A stretch of DNA of 23,607 bases from a virus (taxonomy: Duplodnaviria > Heunggongvirae > Uroviricota > Caudoviricetes): positions 1 through 23,607 of the IMG/VR virus record IMGVR_UViG_2778261356_000013; one strand, written 5' to 3'. Below, piece by piece: positions 1 through 8,852 of the stretch (position 1 is its first letter; each line of letters begins with the position of its first letter). Position numbers and translations under genes: made by a program. The notes beneath the pieces were generated by a model. The model did not search any database, was not told the origin of the DNA, and worked only from the letters and a program-made list of their open reading frames with translations.

Positions 1-1053
1 TTACGGGGTAATGCCAACCGCTGCCGCCACTTTGTCGCCACTTGGCAGCGTTGCCAGAGGATTGAAACGGAGCGCCGTTTCCAGATGATCCGGTGCCAGA
101 TGTGCGTAACGCATAGTCATTTTTATATCGTGGTGTCCGAGAATTTTTTGTAAGGCCAGAATGTTTCCACCCGACATCATGAAGTGCGCCGCAAACGTAT
201 GGCGCAGAACGTGTGTGAGTTGACCGCGAGGGAGCACGATAGACGTTTTTTCCATCACGGATAAAAATTGAAAATAGCAGTCTGTGAAGAAATTGAACCC
301 ATCAAGCGCCATGATCTCTTCGTAAAGCTCTTTACTGATAGGGATGCTTCTGTTTTTCTTCCCCTTCGTTCTTACAAAGGTAATTCGGTATTTGGTCACC
401 TGTGAACGAGTAAGATTTACGGCTTCTCGCCAGCGTGCGCCTGTGCTTAAGCATATCTTAACTACCAGTGCCAGAATTGGGTCCTGACGTTTGCAATCAG
501 CCAGTAATTCAACAATCTGCTCATGGGTAAGCCATGCCATCTCTTTTTCTGCGATGGTGAATTTTCGCATGTTCTCCAGTGGGTTCGGATACGACCATTC
601 GCCCAGGCGGGATAGTTCGCTAAAAACACTACTTAGATAGCTTTGCTCCAGGTTAATGGTGACCGGGCTTGCTCCTTTCTTCCATTTCTCGCTGAAGTAG
701 ATCTCACCTGTCAGGCGTTTATCTCGATAGTGGGCAAACATTTTAGAGGTTAGATCAGTTGCAAGGGGATTGCCCAGAGCGTCAACCATCAGCAGCAATT
801 TGTCATAGACATGCTGCCCAGCAGTTAGTGATTTACCATGTAGTTTGAACCATAGCTCAACCACGTCTTTCAGTGTTCGACGATCCACTGATTCACCTAG
901 CCAGGGCTTTGCTTCGGTTTCTTCCATCGTGTGACGCTCAAAAGCCAGTGCTTCGCCTTTGGTGGCGAATTGTTTACGCACACGACGCCCACTACGTCCG
1001 GCGGGGTAACATTCGCAAAGCCATTTTCCTGTGGTGAGTTTTCGTACAGCCAT
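1..1053 (-). CDS. int: Tyrosine integrase (P2/186-like); likely true start is the internal Met (MAVRKLTTGKW...), about 350 aa
   Basis: C-terminal catalytic region LTHVLRHTFAAHFMMSGGNILALQKILGHHDIKMTMRYAHL (R..H-x-x-R ... Y) typical of tyrosine recombinases; reverse-strand ATG at 1053-1051 preceded by GGAGGG; first gene of a P2-like early region, divergent from lysogeny module. Confidence 0.85.
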   Translation of the reverse strand: MAVRKLTTGKWLCECYPAGRSGRRVRKQFATKGEALAFERHTMEETEAKPWLGESVDRRTLKDVVELWFKLHGKSLTAGQHVYDKLLLMVDALGNPLATDLTSKMFAHYRDKRLTGEIYFSEKWKKGASPVTINLEQSYLSSVFSELSRLGEWSYPNPLENMRKFTIAEKEMAWLTHEQIVELLADCKRQDPILALVVKICLSTGARWREAVNLTRSQVTKYRITFVRTKGKKNRSIPISKELYEEIMALDGFNFFTDCYFQFLSVMEKTSIVLPRGQLTHVLRHTFAAHFMMSGGNILALQKILGHHDIKMTMRYAHLAPDHLETALRFNPLATLPSGDKVAAAVGITP

Positions 1054-1241
1054 AAAAAATGCCCTCCAATAGAGAGCATTTTTACTGTATGTATAACCAG
1101 TGTCAATGTATGAAATCCTGCGACCATACATCTCACTGAAGCCATAATGAAGTAGGCTATTCTTTTTGCTATGTGATCATGTAACTTTTGCGGTTAACCT
1201 GAGGCTCATTTTTATTTTAGGCGCAGATATAAAAGCAAAAG

Positions 1242-1433
1242 TTATCGTGAGTTTTTAGTACAGATTTTTTTGGATTTACTAATAGTTCCATCATTGCAAA
1301 CGAATTTGCCATCAGAGGTACAGTGAGAAACACCTCCCTTTTTCCCTGAGCAGGGATAATTTCTAGCATAGGTAGCTAGTGGGTTTAATAACAAAGAACA
1401 TGACAAAACCACAAAAAATACCTTACCAAGCAT
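1242..1433 (-). CDS. Small secreted cysteine-rich protein (63 aa), hypothetical moron
   Basis: ATG at 1433 preceded by strong RBS (GGGAGGA); N-terminal hydrophobic signal-like segment [23 protein letters not shown] then about 40 aa with 4 Cys; sits between int and repressor. Confidence 0.5.
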   Translation of the reverse strand: MLGKVFFVVLSCSLLLNPLATYARNYPCSGKKGGVSHCTSDGKFVCNDGTISKSKKICTKNSR

Positions 1434-1448
1434 AATTTCCTCCCGGTA

Positions 1449-2018
1449 CTATTTAACATACTTGACTGTTAAACTTATAATTTTACCAATTATTTCAATG
1501 TCTTCTATCTTACATTCAAAGGCTCTGTTTCCACCCTCGACGAAGATTCTTCCACCGGGTAAACGAGTAATGTCACGGATCGTTATTTCGCCATCAATAC
1601 TTATTACCCATTTACCATCACGTATATCATCAAATTCCTTATCACAAATAAATTCAGAATTATTATCTGTGATTACAAAAAGATTCTTGAATGCCGACGG
1701 TAGAAATTCTCTATCGAAAATATAAAAACCGTCTTCACACAAGGCCCCATCAGATAATACATATTTAGCAACTTCCATAGTATTTGTATTACCTGAAGTT
1801 TGCTTTGAACCATGCCCGGTTGTGAGCCAATTAAGCGAGGTGCCTGTTTCAAGGGCGCACTGGATTACCCATTCTGCTGGGAATGAGTCACGCATGTAGC
1901 GTGTGGCGAGTGTACTTTTAGAGATTCCTAAATGATCGCACAACGCCTGTCGAGTCTTGAATCCATAAGCTTCTACCATGCGCTCTATGGCGCCTCGTCC
2001 GCCTTTCTCCAAATTCAT
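1449..2018 (-). CDS. cI: Immunity repressor, 186 CI-like (ORF-track start at 2024 is GTG; ATG at 2018 with GGAG upstream preferred)
   Basis: HTH-like N-terminus (RQALCDHLGISKSTLATRYMRD); about 190 aa; divergent from apl/cox-like gene across a promoter-bearing intergenic region; position immediately upstream of int as in P2/186. Confidence 0.7.
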   Translation of the reverse strand: MNLEKGGRGAIERMVEAYGFKTRQALCDHLGISKSTLATRYMRDSFPAEWVIQCALETGTSLNWLTTGHGSKQTSGNTNTMEVAKYVLSDGALCEDGFYIFDREFLPSAFKNLFVITDNNSEFICDKEFDDIRDGKWVISIDGEITIRDITRLPGGRIFVEGGNRAFECKIEDIEIIGKIISLTVKYVK

Positions 2019-2143
2019 GGTCACTCCAAGTGAACTTTTATCTTGACGATTTCACCGTGCGATCGTATGTTTATGGTGTTCACAAAATACAAACGATCCG
2101 TATTCGTCCTGATTAATCATCATTAAACGAGGAATGTTGCATC
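2019..2143. promoter_or_regulatory. Lysis-lysogeny switch region with candidate rightward promoter (TTGACG 2043-2048, 17-nt spacer, TATGTT 2066-2071) and inverted GTGAAC/GTTCAC repeats (about 2031-2036 and 2078-2083)
   Basis: Read directly from sequence between divergently oriented repressor and apl/cox-like genes; operator assignment is inference. Confidence 0.4.
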
Positions 2144-2365
2144 ATGAGACCTAACATTTCAATCACTCTTACCACGCCTCATGTGACTATTGAACGCTAT
2201 AGCGAGCTGACAGGGCTATCCATCGATACCATCAATGACATGTTGGCTGATGGACGCCTTATCCGTCACCGTCTGCGCAAAGATAAAAAACGCGAAAAAG
2301 TGATGATCAACATAGCAGCAATGACCGTTGATGCGCTTTCAGAATGCAATCTAAACCTTAATTAG
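2144..2365 (+). CDS. Apl/Cox-like excisionase-transcriptional regulator (73 aa)
   Basis: ATG at 2144 with RBS (ACGAGGAA); small basic protein first in the rightward early operon, facing the repressor gene. Confidence 0.6.
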   Translation: MRPNISITLTTPHVTIERYSELTGLSIDTINDMLADGRLIRHRLRKDKKREKVMINIAAMTVDALSECNLNLN

Positions 2366-2397
2366 TTCGATTCTGAAATACATCAGAGGCATTGACC

Positions 2398-2907
2398 ATG
2401 TTTGATTACCAAGTTTCCAAACATCCACATTTTGATGAAGCCTGTCGTGCATTTGCACTGCGCCACAATCTGGTGCAACTGGCAGAACGTGCAGGCATGA
2501 ATGTGCAGATTCTGCGGAACAAGCTGAACCCAGCTCAGCCTCATTTATTAACCGCACCAGAAATCTGGCTGCTTACCGATCTGACTGAAGATTCAACGCT
2601 GGTAGATGGTTTTCTGGCACAGATTCATTGTCTGCCATGTGTACCGATTAATGAGGTGGCAAAAGAGAAACTGCCACATTACGTCATGAGTGCAACCGCA
2701 GAGATCGGGCGTGTTGCTGCAGGTGCGGTGTCTGGCGATGTAAAAACCTGTGCCGGTCGTCGTGATGCTATCAGCAGCATTAACTCTGTAACACGACTGA
2801 TGGCGCTGGCGGCTGTTTCATTGCAGGCCCGTTTACAGGCTAATCCTGCGATGGCGAGTGCAGTTGATACCGTGACTGGCCTCGGTGCTTCATTTGGTTT
2901 GCTGTGA
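2398..2907 (+). CDS. CII-like early regulatory protein (169 aa from ATG at 2398; ORF-track start 2392 is TTG)
   Basis: Position after apl/cox and length match 186 CII from recall; HTH-like N-terminal region; assignment by synteny. Confidence 0.55.
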   Translation: MFDYQVSKHPHFDEACRAFALRHNLVQLAERAGMNVQILRNKLNPAQPHLLTAPEIWLLTDLTEDSTLVDGFLAQIHCLPCVPINEVAKEKLPHYVMSATAEIGRVAAGAVSGDVKTCAGRRDAISSINSVTRLMALAAVSLQARLQANPAMASAVDTVTGLGASFGLL

Positions 2908-2914
2908 GGTGCTT

Positions 2915-3115
2915 ATGCTGACGAAAGAACCATCATTTGCATCGCTGCTGGTTAAACAAAGCCCGGCAATGCATTACGGTCACGGCTGGATCATGGGGGA
3001 GGATGGTAAACGCTGGCATCCGTGCCGTTCACAAGATGAATTGCTGGCAGAACTATCTACGAAAAAACGGGGGAACAAATGGCTATTGAAGGCACTGCGG
3101 CGACTGTTCCATTAA
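2915..3115 (+). CDS. Hypothetical early protein (66 aa from ATG 2915), Fil-position ORF
   Basis: ATG 2915 with GAGGTG upstream; ORF-track start 2885 is GTG inside CII 3' end; function not recognisable. Confidence 0.4.
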   Translation: MLTKEPSFASLLVKQSPAMHYGHGWIMGEDGKRWHPCRSQDELLAELSTKKRGNKWLLKALRRLFH

Positions 3116-3420
3116 GCCCCGGTGAACGCCTGAATGGACTTAATCACATTGCGGAGTTAAGGGCGAAAGTTTTTGGCCTGAATATTGAGTCAGAGCTTGA
3201 GCGGTTTATTAAAGATATGCGTGATTCACGGGATATTAATAGCGAACAAAATAAACGGGCACTGGCTGCCATATTCTTTATGGCAAAAATTCCAGCTGAA
3301 CGTCATAGCATCAGCATTAATGAGCTGACCACTGACGAAAAGCGGGAGTTGATTAAAGCAATGAATCATTTTCGTGCAGTGGTGAGCTTATTTCCCAGAC
3401 GGCTAACCATGCCGAATTAA
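3079..3420 (+). CDS. Hypothetical early-operon protein (113 aa)
   Basis: ATG 3079 with GGGGGA RBS; in early operon; no recognisable motif. Confidence 0.5.
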   Translation: MAIEGTAATVPLSPGERLNGLNHIAELRAKVFGLNIESELERFIKDMRDSRDINSEQNKRALAAIFFMAKIPAERHSISINELTTDEKRELIKAMNHFRAVVSLFPRRLTMPN

Positions 3421-3487
3421 CCAACTAATGAAATTAATGGCGTAAACCCGCCGGGCATCCCTTTATCTAAATTCAGGAGAATTGATT

Positions 3488-3721
3488 ATGCGTAATATTG
3501 AAACCCTCTCGACCAAAACCGGACCGGATGACGCAGGGCTTAATATTTTACTGACAGAGGCTCGTCTGGAAGAACGCCGGGCAAGGGCTGAAGCAATGGC
3601 AGCTCGCCTTGATAGCCTGGCGTGTCATATCACATCCCGCCAGCTAACCCACGTCGAAGCGGCAGAACTGCTTCGTGTGACTGCTGAAGCAATCCAGAAC
3701 GAAGCGCAGGAGATCCACTAA
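3488..3721 (+). CDS. Hypothetical early-operon protein (77 aa from ATG 3488)
   Basis: AGGAGA RBS 3473-3478; stop overlaps next start (TAATG at 3719-3723). Confidence 0.5.
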   Translation: MRNIETLSTKTGPDDAGLNILLTEARLEERRARAEAMAARLDSLACHITSRQLTHVEAAELLRVTAEAIQNEAQEIH

Positions 3722-3948
3722 TGGCTGATGCAATGGATCTCGTACAGCAGCGCGTTGAAGAAGAACGCCAACGCCATATCCGTGCTGCCCGTGCCAAAAC
3801 GCCGGGCGTGTCCCGCGTGCTTTGCATTGAGTGTGAAGCGCCAATTCCGCCAGCACGCCGCCGTGCCATTCCGGGTGTGCAGCTTTGCATTACCTGTCAG
3901 GAAATCGCAGAGCTGAAAGGCAAACATTACAACGGAGGTGCTGTATGA
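3721..3948 (+). CDS. TraR/DksA-family C4 zinc-finger protein (75 aa)
   Basis: C-x2-C ... C-x2-C motif (CIECEAPIPPARRRAIPGVQLCITCQ) characteristic of TraR/DksA zinc fingers; translationally coupled on both sides. Confidence 0.7.
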   Translation: MADAMDLVQQRVEEERQRHIRAARAKTPGVSRVLCIECEAPIPPARRRAIPGVQLCITCQEIAELKGKHYNGGAV

Positions 3949-4802
3949 GCACCATCCTGAAATGGGCGGGAAATAAAACTGCCATAATGTCCGAACTAAA
4001 AAAACATCTTCCTGCTGGCCCGCGACTGGTTGAACCTTTCGCGGGTTCCTGTGCTGTGATGATGGAGACGGATTATCCCAGCTATCTGGTTGCGGATATT
4101 AATCCTGATTTAATCAACCTCTATAAAAAGGTTGCCGCTGATTGTGAATCGTTTATATCTCGCGCCAGAGTTTTATTTGAGATCGCAAACAGGGAGGTGG
4201 CTTATTACAACATAAGGCAGGAGTTTAATTACTCAACTGAAATTACTGATTTCATGAAAGCGGTATATTTCCTGTATCTCAATCGTCACGGTTACCGTGG
4301 TTTATGTCGCTATAACAAGAGCGGGCATTTCAACATTCCCTACGGTAATTATAAAAATCCGTATTTCCCTGAAAAAGAAATTCGCGCATTTGCAGAAAAG
4401 GCCCAGCGAGCAACGTTTATCTGCGCCAGCTTTGATGAAACGCTGGCGATGTTGAAGGCGGGGGATGTGGTGTATTGCGATCCGCCGTATGACGGTACGT
4501 TTTCCGGCTATCACACTGACGGCTTCACTGAAGATGACCAGTATCACCTGGCATCTGTTCTTGAACATCGGTCATCAGAAGGACATCCGGTCATTGTTTC
4601 TAACAGTGACACATCCCTGATCCGTTCGCTGTATCGCAATTTTACTCACCACTACATCAAGGCAAAACGCAGCATCGGTGTGGCAGCTGGCGAGGGTAAA
4701 TCAGCAACAGAAATCATTGCTGTTTCCGGGCCGCGCTGCTGGGTGGGATTTGATTATTCGCGTGGCGTGGATAGTTCTGCCGTGTACGGAGTACGTGCAT
4801 GA
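3945..4802 (+). CDS. dam: DNA adenine methyltransferase, Dam-like (ORF-track start 3885 is an upstream extension; ATG 3945 with GGAGG RBS preferred)
   Basis: Catalytic DPPY motif ([11 protein letters not shown]) and AdoMet-binding region ([11 protein letters not shown]) typical of N6-adenine MTases; N-terminal LKWAGNK. Confidence 0.85.
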   Translation: MSTILKWAGNKTAIMSELKKHLPAGPRLVEPFAGSCAVMMETDYPSYLVADINPDLINLYKKVAADCESFISRARVLFEIANREVAYYNIRQEFNYSTEITDFMKAVYFLYLNRHGYRGLCRYNKSGHFNIPYGNYKNPYFPEKEIRAFAEKAQRATFICASFDETLAMLKAGDVVYCDPPYDGTFSGYHTDGFTEDDQYHLASVLEHRSSEGHPVIVSNSDTSLIRSLYRNFTHHYIKAKRSIGVAAGEGKSATEIIAVSGPRCWVGFDYSRGVDSSAVYGVRA

Positions 4803-7213
4803 GTCATGCCGATATGAACAACTGCTGCGGCTTTAACGAAGCTGCCGCATCGTTCTCATGGAACAGCTCGAAAAAGGCCATTAACCCTTATCTGGACCCG
4901 GTGGAAGTTGCGCCGGTTTCTACGCTTTCAAACCTGATCACTCTGTACGCTGCCGATAACGAGCAGGAACAGCTGCGCCGTGAGGCGCTGAGTGATCAGG
5001 TCTGGGAGCGTTATTTCTTTAATGAATCCCGTGATCCTGTCCAGCGCGAAATGGAACAGGATAAGCTCATTAGTCGGGCAAAGCTGGCGCATGAGCAGCA
5101 GCGTTTTAATCCGGATATGGTCATTCTGGCGGACGTCAACGCCCAGCCTTCCCATATCAGCAAGCCGCTGATGCAACGTATTGAATACTTCAGCAGCCTG
5201 GGCAGGCCAAAGGCTTATTCCCGCTATTTACGTGAGACGATTAAGCCATGTCTGGAACGACTGGAGCATGTACGCGACAGTCAGCTATCTGCATCTTTTT
5301 GCTTTATGGCAAGCCATGAAGGGCTGGACGGCCTGCTGATCCTGCCTGAAATGAGTCAGGATCAGGTGAAACGCCTGTCCACCCTGGTAGCTGCGCATAT
5401 GAGTATGTGCCTTGATGCCGCTTGTGGCGATTTGTATGCTACCGATGACGTTAAGCCAGAAGAAATCCGCAATACATGGGAAAGGGTGGCAGCGGAAACC
5501 CTGCGTCTGGATGTCATCCCGCCTGCGTTTGAGCAACTCCGTCGGAAAAGAAACCGCCGTAAACCCGTGCCCTATGAACTCATTCCGGGTTCGCTGGCGC
5601 GTATGTTGTGCGCCGACTGGTGGTATCGGAAATTATGGAAGATGCGTTGCGAATGGCGGGAAGAGCAGTTGCGTGCTGTCTGCCTTGTCAGCAAAAAAGC
5701 ATCTCCCTATGTCAGCTATGAAGCCGTGTTGCATAAACGTGAGCAGCGCCGTAAGTCGCTGGAGTTTTTCCGTTCTCATGAACTGGTGAACGAAGACGGC
5801 GACACGCTAGACATGGAGGATGTGGTAAACGCCAGCAGCAGCAACCCTGCGCATCGCCGCAATGAGATGATGGCCTGTGTTAAAGGTCTGGAGCTTATCG
5901 CGGAAATGCGCGGTGACTGCGCCGTTTTCTACACCATCACCTGTCCGTCACGTTTCCATTCCACGCTAAATAACGGCAGGCCCAACCCGACCTGGACAAA
6001 TGCGACGGTAAGACAAAGCAGCGATTATCTGGTCGGTATGTTTGCTGCATTTCGTAAGGCGATGCACAAAGCCGGGTTGCGCTGGTATGGCGTGCGGGTG
6101 GCTGAGCCGCATCACGACGGCACAGTTCACTGGCACCTGTTGTGTTTCATGCGCAAAAAAGACCGCCGCGCCATTACAGCATTGTTGCGTAAGTTTGCTA
6201 TCCGTGAAGACCGCGAGGAGCTGGGCAATAACACGGGGCCGCGCTTTAAGTCTGAGCTGATTAACCCGCGCAAAGGAACGCCGACAAGCTACATAGCGAA
6301 ATACATCAGTAAGAACATTGACGGGCGTGGTCTGGCTGGCGAGATCAGCAAGGAAACGGGTAAATCTCTGCGTGATAACGCTGAATACGTGAATGCCTGG
6401 GCGTCTTTGCATCGTGTTCAGCAATTCCGCTTCTTTGGCATTCCGGGGCGTCAGGCTTACCGTGAACTGCGATTGCTGGCTGGTCAGGCGGTAAGGCAAA
6501 AGGGGGACAAAAAAGCAGGTGCGCCGGTACTGGATAACCCGCGCCTTGATGCCATCCTGGCTGCTGCTGATGCTGGTTGTTTTGCCACCTACATCATGAA
6601 GCAGGGCGGCGTACTGGTTCCCCGTAAATATCACCTCATCAGAACCGCTTATGAAATCAACGAAGAGCCGACCGCCTATGGCGATCACGGCATTCGTATT
6701 TATGGCATCTGGTCACCCATTGCAGAGGGCAAGATCTGCACTCATGCAGTGAAGTGGAAAATGGTTCGTAAAGCCGTTGACGTTCAGGAGGCGGCAGCCG
6801 ACCAGGGCGCTTGCGCCCCTTGGACTCGTGGCAATAACTGTCCCCTTGCTGAAAATTTGAACCAACAAGGGAAAGACAAATCAGCTGATGGGGATACCAG
6901 GACGGACATTACCTGCATGGATGACAAGGAGTTGCACGATTACCTGCACAGTATGAGCAAAAAAGAGCGCCGAGAACTGGCTGCAAGGTTACGCCTCGTG
7001 AAACCGAAACGGCGTAAAGACTACAAACAGCGAATTACAGACCATCAGCGACAGCAGCTCGTCTATGAACTGAAGTCCAGAGGATTTAATGGCAGCGAGA
7101 AAGAGGTCGATTTACTCCTTCGCGGCGGCAGTATTCCGTCAGGAGCAGGCCTGCGTATCTTCTATCGGAACCAGCGTTTGCAGGAAGATGATAAGTGGCG
7201 AAACCTGTATTAA
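4799..7213 (+). CDS. A: Rolling-circle replication initiation endonuclease, P2 gpA-like (804 aa)
   Basis: HUH-type motif ([10 protein letters not shown]) and paired tyrosines ([14 protein letters not shown]) typical of P2 A / phiX174 A superfamily; start overlaps dam stop (ATGA). Confidence 0.85.
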   Translation: MSHADMNNCCGFNEAAASFSWNSSKKAINPYLDPVEVAPVSTLSNLITLYAADNEQEQLRREALSDQVWERYFFNESRDPVQREMEQDKLISRAKLAHEQQRFNPDMVILADVNAQPSHISKPLMQRIEYFSSLGRPKAYSRYLRETIKPCLERLEHVRDSQLSASFCFMASHEGLDGLLILPEMSQDQVKRLSTLVAAHMSMCLDAACGDLYATDDVKPEEIRNTWERVAAETLRLDVIPPAFEQLRRKRNRRKPVPYELIPGSLARMLCADWWYRKLWKMRCEWREEQLRAVCLVSKKASPYVSYEAVLHKREQRRKSLEFFRSHELVNEDGDTLDMEDVVNASSSNPAHRRNEMMACVKGLELIAEMRGDCAVFYTITCPSRFHSTLNNGRPNPTWTNATVRQSSDYLVGMFAAFRKAMHKAGLRWYGVRVAEPHHDGTVHWHLLCFMRKKDRRAITALLRKFAIREDREELGNNTGPRFKSELINPRKGTPTSYIAKYISKNIDGRGLAGEISKETGKSLRDNAEYVNAWASLHRVQQFRFFGIPGRQAYRELRLLAGQAVRQKGDKKAGAPVLDNPRLDAILAAADAGCFATYIMKQGGVLVPRKYHLIRTAYEINEEPTAYGDHGIRIYGIWSPIAEGKICTHAVKWKMVRKAVDVQEAAADQGACAPWTRGNNCPLAENLNQQGKDKSADGDTRTDITCMDDKELHDYLHSMSKKERRELAARLRLVKPKRRKDYKQRITDHQRQQLVYELKSRGFNGSEKEVDLLLRGGSIPSGAGLRIFYRNQRLQEDDKWRNLY

Positions 7214-7282
7214 TTACGCGGGTTAACAATTCGTGCTCTTAATAATACCAGGCATATCAGGCTGATGAACGTAAAAAAACGT

Positions 7283-7325
7283 TTTACATCAGTAAGATTA
7301 TTATATACTGTAAATATAAACAGTG
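7283..7325 (+). promoter_or_regulatory. SOS-type promoter with LexA box (TACTGTAAATATAAACAGTG, 7306-7325) overlapping the -10 region; -35 TTTACA at 7283-7288
   Basis: Perfect CTGT-N8-ACAG core at 7308-7323 read from sequence; about 40 bp upstream of the next ORF. Confidence 0.6.
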
Positions 7326-7366
7326 GTTATGTATACAGTATTGCTTGTGGTGTCATAGGAGGAAAG

Positions 7367-7555
7367 ATGCAGGACTATTTTTTGGAGTCTTTGAAGCTCC
7401 AGCGCATTGATTTTTTTCTTAAGCTTGTAGCGGCTAGTGAGTGTAGTGATGAAGAGAAGGGGCTGGCTTTGCAGTGGGTTTCTGAACTGACAGATGAACT
7501 CATGGCAAAAATCAGAACCCACGAATACAACCGCTCAATGGATGTCATCAGCTGA
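7367..7555 (+). CDS. Small SOS-controlled protein (62 aa), possible Tum-like antirepressor N-terminal module
   Basis: ATG 7367 with AGGAGG RBS; directly downstream of LexA box; function inferred from position only. Confidence 0.4.
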   Translation: MQDYFLESLKLQRIDFFLKLVAASECSDEEKGLALQWVSELTDELMAKIRTHEYNRSMDVIS

Positions 7556-7565
7556 GGTGACTTTT

Positions 7566-7799
7566 ATGCGCATTGAAATAATGATCGATAAAGAGCAGAA
7601 GATTAGCCAGTCTACCCTAGACGCCCTTGAATCCGAGCTTTACCGCAATCTGCGCCCCCTATATCCAAAAACGGTAATTCGCATCCGCAAAGGTAGCTCT
7701 AACGGTGTGGAACTGACCGGACTGCAACTGGACGAAGAAAGAAAACAAGTGATGAAAATTATGCAGAAGGTGTGGGAAGACGACAGCTGGCTGCATTAA
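7566..7799 (+). CDS. DinI-like protein (77 aa)
   Basis: Sequence MRIEIMIDKEQ...KVWEDDSWLH resembles DinI family (MRIEV... WE...W C-terminus); GAGGTG RBS; downstream of LexA box. Confidence 0.7.
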   Translation: MRIEIMIDKEQKISQSTLDALESELYRNLRPLYPKTVIRIRKGSSNGVELTGLQLDEERKQVMKIMQKVWEDDSWLH

Positions 7800-7807
7800 G
7801 AAACCTT

Positions 7808-7838
7808 GCCCCCAAGAGAATTTATTCTGATGGGGGCT
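7808..7838 (+). terminator. Stem-loop after DinI-like gene (GCCCCCA...TGGGGGC), weak U-tract
   Basis: Inverted repeat seen directly 9 nt after the stop codon; lacks strong T-run so intrinsic termination is uncertain. Confidence 0.35.
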
Positions 7839-8205
7839 AGTTTGGGCAACGAGTGAAACGAGGCGTAAGGTGGGCGGCCATTTTGATAAGTGATTGTACG
7901 CTTTGTGTTGTGAGTTCAACGGGTCGATGCAACGCTATCCTTAATCAAGGGGACGTTGCTCATACCCATCGATGCAATGAAAATCCATACTCATGGGGAA
8001 GACCAGAATGTCCCTGCCTTTTTCATTTTGTTCAGCACATGCACTATGGCCATTGCCTTCCCAAGCTAGCTATCGTAATCACTCAGCGTCAGTAAACTAC
8101 TGAAAAATTGTTTTACCTTGTATATCAATAATGCCAAATCATACCCAAAAAATCGAAAATAATTAGATCGACAGGCAGAAGGCAATGTGAATAATCTTAA
8201 AAACC

Positions 8206-8236
8206 TTGACTGCCAGTGAGGTTTGGTTCTATAAAT
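8206..8236 (+). promoter_or_regulatory. Candidate sigma70 promoter for darT-like operon (TTGACT 8206-8211, -10 near TATAAA(T) 8230-8236)
   Basis: Hexamers and spacing read from sequence about 30 bp upstream of the ATG. Confidence 0.35.
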
Positions 8237-8266
8237 AGACTTACGAATTTGAAAGGATGAGTTGAA

Positions 8267-8848
8267 ATGAGCGAAAGGAAAAGAATTGAAGACCAGTATC
8301 TTCTCTATCATTTAACATGTATGGATAATCTACCTAGTATTTTAGACACAGGATTAAGATCTCGTGCATCAGTAAAAGGTGAGTTTGTTGATGTGGCCGA
8401 CGGTGAAATAATAACAGGTCGCGAAGCATTAAATTTGCAAACAATGGTTCCTTTTCATTTCTTTACTAAGAATCCATTTGATGGAAGAGTCCTGAAAGAT
8501 CATAAGGAAAAATCATTTTGTATTATTTCGGTTTGTCGGGCATTTGCCAAAGAAAATGGTTGGAAAGTTATCCCTAAACATCCATTATCCACCAGTTCTG
8601 TTATAGACCTCTTAGATTATGAACAAGGAATGGCCCAAATTGACTGGGAGCTTATGAATATAAGGGATTATAAAAATGCAGAATGCAAATCTGTATGTAT
8701 GGCTGAGTGTTTATCAAGTGTAACGGTCGAGCCGAAAAATTTCCATTGCATCTTTGTCAAAAATGATAACGAAAAAAAATATGTTGAAGGGTTGATAAAA
8801 CAACAAGGATTAAGTATATTGATAACGATCAACACTTATATGTTCTAA
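8267..8848 (+). CDS. darT: DarT-like (DUF4433) DNA ADP-ribosyltransferase toxin (193 aa)
   Basis: Motifs YHLTCMDNLPSIL, VPFHFF and C-terminal MAECL resemble DarT signature blocks (YHxTHxxNLxxIL, VPFYF, catalytic AEFLV), from recall; AT-rich; followed 4 nt later by macrodomain gene. Confidence 0.7.
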   Translation: MSERKRIEDQYLLYHLTCMDNLPSILDTGLRSRASVKGEFVDVADGEIITGREALNLQTMVPFHFFTKNPFDGRVLKDHKEKSFCIISVCRAFAKENGWKVIPKHPLSTSSVIDLLDYEQGMAQIDWELMNIRDYKNAECKSVCMAECLSSVTVEPKNFHCIFVKNDNEKKYVEGLIKQQGLSILITINTYMF

Positions 8849-8852
8849 TTCT

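Noticed and set aside
1449-2024. LexA-like self-cleaving repressor interpretation of the immunity repressor
   Set aside because: No obvious Ala-Gly/Ser-Lys S24 peptidase signature seen, and a LexA-controlled Tum/DinI-like module is present instead, which fits antirepressor-mediated induction
5966-6688. 240-aa ORF on the minus strand
   Set aside because: Antisense inside replication gene A; no RBS and no recognisable features
7853-8095. 80-aa Cys/His-rich ORF between the DinI-like and DarT-like genes
   Set aside because: GTG start without RBS and odd composition; treated as non-coding, flagged separately for repeats
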